In this document: one piece after another, positions 60,780 to 64,000 of the stretch
Numbering within the stretch: the stretch's first letter is position 1
Layout: every line of letters begins with the position of its first letter
From: Synechococcus sp.
GTDB lineage: Bacteria > Cyanobacteriota > Cyanobacteriia > PCC-6307 > Cyanobiaceae
Direction: 5' to 3'
Assembly (NCBI GenBank): GCA_047285535.1
Contig: JBJBDC010000001.1
Location: 1,792,136-1,856,135 of the forward strand
DNA: 64,000 bases
The notes under the pieces: model-generated
The model's input: only the letters and a program-made list of their open reading frames with translations
Database searches by the model: none
What the model was told of the DNA's origin: nothing
Translations under genes and position numbers: made by a program

Positions 60780-61345
60780 GGCCAACGTCGTTGAGCCCAA
60801 GGTTTCAGATCTCGACCTGTGAGGACCCAGATCAAAGATCTAATTCCGTCGCCCAATCGCTTGCCAAATTCCTCCTCTCTACACAATGGTTGACAAGCGA
60901 CTGGTACACCCGTGAGACGAATTCCACGGCTCCCGGCCACGAGTCGTCCCACCGTCATGGCGCGTGGCAAATGATCTTCACTGGTTACCAGTAACAGGTG
61001 GCGTACACCCTCGCGTTTCAGATCATCCACCAGTGAAGTGAAATTACTAAAGGTGTCGTTCGCCCTGTAATCGAGCACAACCCGGCTCTGGTCCATCCCA
61101 GCATCACGTACAAGCCATTGGGCATACTCCGGATTACTTCCACCACTCACCACCAAAGGGAGAGCCAGCTGCTGCGCTAAACGCAACCCAACTCGCTCGC
61201 GATCGAGGTCTCCTCCCAGCACAAGAATGCGTTGAGGAGACTGAGCTGTCGTCAGAGCCTGACGGAAAGGCCTTAAGGGACCGATAGCAATCGCCCAAGT
61301 CAAAGCAGCAAGAATCAGAATCGTGGAACGCCAACCTGTTGCCAT
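60758..61345 (-). CDS. YdcF/DUF218-family protein
   Basis: LVLGG, VSGG, DTFSN and VTSEDHLPRA motifs; start at MATGW overlaps the tsaB stop. Confidence 0.85.
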   Translation of the reverse strand: MATGWRSTILILAALTWAIAIGPLRPFRQALTTAQSPQRILVLGGDLDRERVGLRLAQQLALPLVVSGGSNPEYAQWLVRDAGMDQSRVVLDYRANDTFSNFTSLVDDLKREGVRHLLLVTSEDHLPRAMTVGRLVAGSRGIRLTGVPVACQPLCREEEFGKRLGDGIRSLIWVLTGRDLKPWAQRRWPQWLWSP

Positions 61346-61968
61346 CAAATTGGCCCCACTGGAGAAGTGGGGTAGATCGGCAGCACCTGCTCCCAAGGCC
61401 CTGGTCTGCTCTCTTGCTCCCAATAAACACAACGCTCCAACAGATGCTGAACATCGGATTCAACATCCAGCACCATCTCCAAAGCGGGAATGGGCTGCTC
61501 GTCATCTCTGAGCAATCGAGGACATTCCAACTCTTCCACAGGCACGGGACCTGACAGCAGGCGATAGCGACCAGCCACTCGACCACGGCGGGGAAGGGTC
61601 TGAACGATGGAGAAGGGCTCCCGAACCTGACTCAACGGCAAAGTGACAGAAAGCCTTTGCGCCATCAAAGCGAAGCTGCTTTCCCCGTGCAAAGGACATC
61701 TCAACTGTTGAGCCAAGGTGCGGGCCATCACCACGGTCAGTCGCGTTCCCGTGAAGCCTCCTGGCCCTGTACTGACAGCCAAACGACAAATCGAAGTCCA
61801 TTCCGATCTTGGGAGCAATTCCTCAACCGTTGAAATCAACCCATTGGTGAGCTGACGTCCCATGGAGCGACACAAAGTTCGATCTCCCCCTGCGGGGTCC
61901 TCAGCGTCACGAAGGGCAAGGCCAAGAGTCTCAGTGGAACTATGCATGGCCAGCAACCAACGACTCAT
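61345..61968 (-). CDS. tsaB: tRNA threonylcarbamoyladenosine biosynthesis protein TsaB
   Basis: LAMHSST and STGPGGFTGTRL motifs. Confidence 0.9.
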   Translation of the reverse strand: MSRWLLAMHSSTETLGLALRDAEDPAGGDRTLCRSMGRQLTNGLISTVEELLPRSEWTSICRLAVSTGPGGFTGTRLTVVMARTLAQQLRCPLHGESSFALMAQRLSVTLPLSQVREPFSIVQTLPRRGRVAGRYRLLSGPVPVEELECPRLLRDDEQPIPALEMVLDVESDVQHLLERCVYWEQESRPGPWEQVLPIYPTSPVGPI

Positions 61969-62216
61969 CTGGGCAGCTCCTGCTCAGGGCACAATCGCCG
62001 CCAGCGTCCGTAATCAGCCTCAAAGCTGGAGCAAGCTCGCACATCCCACTCCACACCAACTCCACCCCCACTGAGGTCATGAAGACTGATATGAATGCGT
62101 GGATCTCGGGGACTCACGTCGGGCTTCTCCGTGAGATGAGCCACACCATGCTGTCGTTCCACCGCGTGATAGGCCTGACAACGATCCACCCAGCGGCAAT
62201 CCACGCAGATGCACAT
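61965..62216 (-). CDS. ycf34: Ycf34 iron-sulfur protein
   Basis: MCICVDCRWVDRCQAYHAVERQH...EWDVRAC. Confidence 0.9.
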   Translation of the reverse strand: MCICVDCRWVDRCQAYHAVERQHGVAHLTEKPDVSPRDPRIHISLHDLSGGGVGVEWDVRACSSFEADYGRWRRLCPEQELPR

Positions 62217-62265
62217 GCACCCCACCTCTGCAGAGGGCTCCATTCTGGAGGGGGATGCCTGCAAA

Positions 62266-63426
62266 ATGGCACATCAACTCTGGACAAGGCTGCAGCCGCA
62301 ACATTGGCCAATACCTCTGAATCGCCTCCCTGCTGAGACAGTGCTGGTAGGAGGAGCAGTGCGAGACGGATTGCTCAACCGCTTGCCGGAGCATCCAGAT
62401 CTCGACATGGTTGTTCCAGAGGATGCGCGGAAACACGCTCGCAAGCTCGCTCAAGAGTTCGGAGGCGCTTTCGTGGTTTTAGATCAAGACCGAGACATAG
62501 CCCGATTGGTCCTGAAGGGATGGACCATCGATCTCGCGAGACAAGACGGTCAGGACCTCACGGCTGATCTCATGCATCGGGATTATCGAATCAACGCGAT
62601 TGCCCTGACGCTTTGCAACGAGCCAAGGTTGTTGGACCCCAGCGGAGGCGTGGCAGATCTTCGTGATGGACGAATCACTGCCATTCATGAGCAAAACCTG
62701 CTGGATGATCCTTTGCGGCTTTTGAGAGCCCTCAGACTGGCCGCGGAACTCTCGATGACCATTGATGACAACACGCTTGAAATGATTTCACGCCATCGGG
62801 GCCTATTGCCCATGGTCTCACCAGAAAGAATTCAGGCTGAATTGTTGAAGCTTGTTAAAGCCAACAATGCCGATGAAGCCATCAGCTTGCTGCATGCCTT
62901 GAAATTGATCGCCCCATGGGCTTCCAACAAGCCGCAAAGGATCTTTAACAGTGAGGCTTTAACGACAGAAGAACAACAGCTCGCCTTGCCCCTAGCCCGA
63001 TTAACGGAATTACTCACGGATCAAGGGGTCGTCGACTTGCGATTCAGCCGAAAGCAAATTCAGCGCTGCATGCGCCTACGAACGTGGTGGATGTGTGATC
63101 AAAAACAAAGCGTTCACACCCTGACGGAGCAGGAACGATTAAAGCTTCATCAAGAGCTTGAAAAGGATCTACCTGCCTTCATTTTGGCTTGGCCATTAGA
63201 GCTTCAGAGGCAATGGCTCAGTCGCTGGCGAGATCACAAGGACACCCTGTTTCATCCCAGTTCACCACTCAATGGGCGGACATTACAAGATGAGTTTGGT
63301 TTGCGTCCAGGGCCCCAACTGGGGGAGCTGATTCACCACCTCTGCCTTGAGCGAGCCTTTGGTCGGATTGGCAGCAAAAACGATGCCATTCAGTCTGTAC
63401 GCGCTTGGATCAACAAGCCGCTGTGA
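62266..63426 (+). CDS. CCA tRNA nucleotidyltransferase/poly(A) polymerase family protein
   Basis: LVGGAVRDGL, DLD, RDYRINAIA, DDPLRLLRA and ERIQAEL motifs. Confidence 0.9.
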   Translation: MAHQLWTRLQPQHWPIPLNRLPAETVLVGGAVRDGLLNRLPEHPDLDMVVPEDARKHARKLAQEFGGAFVVLDQDRDIARLVLKGWTIDLARQDGQDLTADLMHRDYRINAIALTLCNEPRLLDPSGGVADLRDGRITAIHEQNLLDDPLRLLRALRLAAELSMTIDDNTLEMISRHRGLLPMVSPERIQAELLKLVKANNADEAISLLHALKLIAPWASNKPQRIFNSEALTTEEQQLALPLARLTELLTDQGVVDLRFSRKQIQRCMRLRTWWMCDQKQSVHTLTEQERLKLHQELEKDLPAFILAWPLELQRQWLSRWRDHKDTLFHPSSPLNGRTLQDEFGLRPGPQLGELIHHLCLERAFGRIGSKNDAIQSVRAWINKPL

Positions 63427-63497
63427 TTAACTAACTTGCCTCTAGCGACAGTGATCGGCCTAACAGGCAGTTTTCTTCCCTTTCTCCCTCCCGTTTC

Positions 63498-63926
63498 ATG
63501 AGCGTGCGTCTTTACATCGGCAACCTGCCGCAAACATTCGAAGCCAAAGAGTTGGAATCCCAGCTCACAAGCGTGGGGGAGGGAATCCGATTCAAAACAG
63601 TGCTTGACCGAGACACTGGCGCATGCCGGGGGTTTGGCTTCGCCAATGTCGACGACGAAAAAGTTGCTGACGCCCTGATCGAGCAATTCAACGGCAAGGA
63701 ATTCAACGGCAAGACCCTGCGGGTGGAGCGCTCCGAAAGACGCGACAGCAACTCTGGTGGTGGTGGTCGTCGCGGAGGTGCTGGCAATGCCCCAGGATCG
63801 GCCCGCAAGGCAGTCAACAAGGTTGTGCATAGCGATGCCAAAGCTGAGGCAGCTCCAGATCCTCGCTGGGCCGGGGAATTATCCAAGCTCAAAGATTTAC
63901 TTGCAGATCAAAAAACAACCGTCTGA
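63498..63926 (+). CDS. RRM RNA-binding protein
   Basis: RNP2 LYIGNL and RNP1 RGFGFA motifs; Gly-rich linker. Confidence 0.92.
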   Translation: MSVRLYIGNLPQTFEAKELESQLTSVGEGIRFKTVLDRDTGACRGFGFANVDDEKVADALIEQFNGKEFNGKTLRVERSERRDSNSGGGGRRGGAGNAPGSARKAVNKVVHSDAKAEAAPDPRWAGELSKLKDLLADQKTTV

Positions 63927-63939
63927 ATCATGGTGTTGA

Positions 63940-63976
63940 CTTTGTGATCACTTAGCGCGACTGAGCGATCACAAAG
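63940..63976. terminator. Hairpin downstream of the RRM gene
   Basis: CTTTGTGATC...GATCACAAAG inverted repeat. Confidence 0.55.
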
Positions 63977-64000
63977 CATCTCGGCAGTTCAAGAAATTTT

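Noticed and set aside
1..64000. CRISPR array, IS element, integrase or prophage genes
   Set aside because: No regularly spaced repeats, transposase, recombinase or phage structural ORFs were recognised by eye.

Overview
This window looks like a marine picocyanobacterial (Synechococcus-type) chromosome segment. Both ends carry conserved housekeeping genes: rbfA, hemD, crtQ, ndhO and cysK on the left; psbD, tRNA-Asn, rpaA, holB, tmk, a Cu-ATPase, ycf3, radA, rpaB, plsX-fabH-fabD-plsC, tsaB, ycf34 and a CCA-adding enzyme on the right. The accessory middle (about 17-46 kb) holds two tandem Som-type porins with an identical 509-bp 5' block and five GT-C/DUF2079-like membrane protein genes. The main result is a roughly 16.6-kb RiPP island inserted between two convergent DUF2079-like genes and bounded by a 118-bp direct repeat. 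It encodes one intact NHLP-leader precursor with a Ser/Thr/Cys-rich core, a fused E1-YcaO cyclodehydratase, a SagB-type dehydrogenase, a PoyD-like radical SAM epimerase, a LanM-like dehydratase without recognisable cyclase zinc motifs, and a divergent type I export set (TolC, HlyD, C39-ABC, second ABC). A decayed second precursor copy lies hidden in the spacer. Family assignments come from motif recognition only; no database searches were run.
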